From: Nageia nagi
Lineage: Eukaryota > Plantae > Pinophyta
Assembly (NCBI GenBank): GCA_050084985.1
Contig: JBITNC010000001.1
Span: 150,784,001 to 150,848,000 of the forward strand
Length of the DNA: 64,000 nt
Direction: 5' to 3'
Below the pieces are notes generated by a model that saw only the letters and a list, made by a program, of their open reading frames with translations, was not told the DNA's origin and searched no databases. A program made the position numbers and the translations under genes. This document shows, piece after piece, positions 62,931 through 64,000 of this stretch (the first letter of the stretch is position 1; every line of letters starts with the position of its first letter).

Positions 62931-64000
62931 CTAGTTGTACTTATGATATTTTCTTTATGAATATATATATATTCCTATTTTCCATTTGATTACCATGATT
63001 CATGATACATGTATATTTTTTATTTGCTTTGAAAGTTTTCTATAGTTTAACAACTCTCTAAAATATACTTGTAAGAGTAGCCACATGATGATTACACATA
63101 AAAAGGCCATGAAACTTATAAGAGGCTTGAAAAGATAATTTAGGAATGCATATATTTTTAAGAATAATATACACAATGCACAAAATTATGAAAAACTACA
63201 AATAACTTAAGATATATCTATCAATAAATTACCATAACAAGATCTTGTAAAAACTTACACGAAAAATGTTAGACAACCATAAATCATGAACAAATATGCC
63301 TAGGGGTTAAAAAGATAGATTATAGAATCAAATAAAATTACATTATTACAAATATAAAACCCAATGATGCCACATGATTCCAACAACACCTCTTGAAGCA
63401 ATGAATAATAAAATGCTCAAAGTAAAATCATGCAAGCTTAAAAATACCTCAAATGTAGAAAAAGAGCTCAATTAAATGAAAATTAAGTAAGTTTTTTATG
63501 AAAATGCAAAGTATTAACTTGGAACTATTGCATAAATTACTAATTTTTCCATTTAACAAAAATAATTGAGCATAAAAAATATCCCTTGATAATTCCCACA
63601 AAATATGCCCTTACATGCAAACAAGAATACAATAGTGTTTTGAAATGGAGCATCATTGCTAGGACCTAGCAACAATGCTTCAAATTACACATATAATGGA
63701 CACAAATTTAATTATGAGACATTGTTAATTGATACAAAATTATAAAAAATAAGTACAAAATTAGGAAGTTCAAATAAAAAGTTTACGGAATAGCCCAAAT
63801 GCCATCAACATCAAGTATCATACCTAGTACTAGCAGTTGTTGTACTTGTAGTGCTTGTTGTTGTGGTTGCAAAAATTTTATTGGGTTAGTTTGAATTTGC
63901 TTCCCATCATCATCAAGTTCCACTTTCTTAAATTATGGAAATAGGTTGTTGAAAATCTTCAATATTTAGTTTTATGGTTGCATAGGTCCATCTTATACCA

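Overview
AT-rich plant nuclear DNA, most likely from a large gymnosperm (conifer-like) genome. That assignment is inferred from the retroelement types and PLS-PPR motif style, not proven. One intact host gene is visible: a GC-rich, single-exon 256-aa ORF of an uncharacterised plant family (14186-14956), preceded by a uORF and a cluster of SINE-like remnants. The rest is largely transposon-derived. (1) A minus-strand Ty1/Copia element (1-8480) has non-matching LTR ends, a covarying hairpin tandem array and a captured PPR fragment in its long leader. (2) A LINE ORF1 remnant follows. (3) A partial tandem duplication of the gene's 3' end and 3.9 kb of flank has its second copy split by a 21-kb, four-level nest of Ty3/Gypsy elements; three of the four levels have readable TSDs. 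(4) Several non-autonomous gag-protease Gypsy elements share termini with more complete relatives. (5) MULE- and hAT-type MITEs are present. (6) A small CACTA element carries PLS-PPR gene fragments. (7) A Tat/Ogre-type LTR and an intron-containing Plant Mobile Domain pseudogene lie at the right end. The most notable signals are independent PPR capture by two TE classes, the compensatory hairpin array, the shared-terminus non-autonomous Gypsy set and the PMD cargo gene. All coordinates were read by eye; no alignments or database searches were run.
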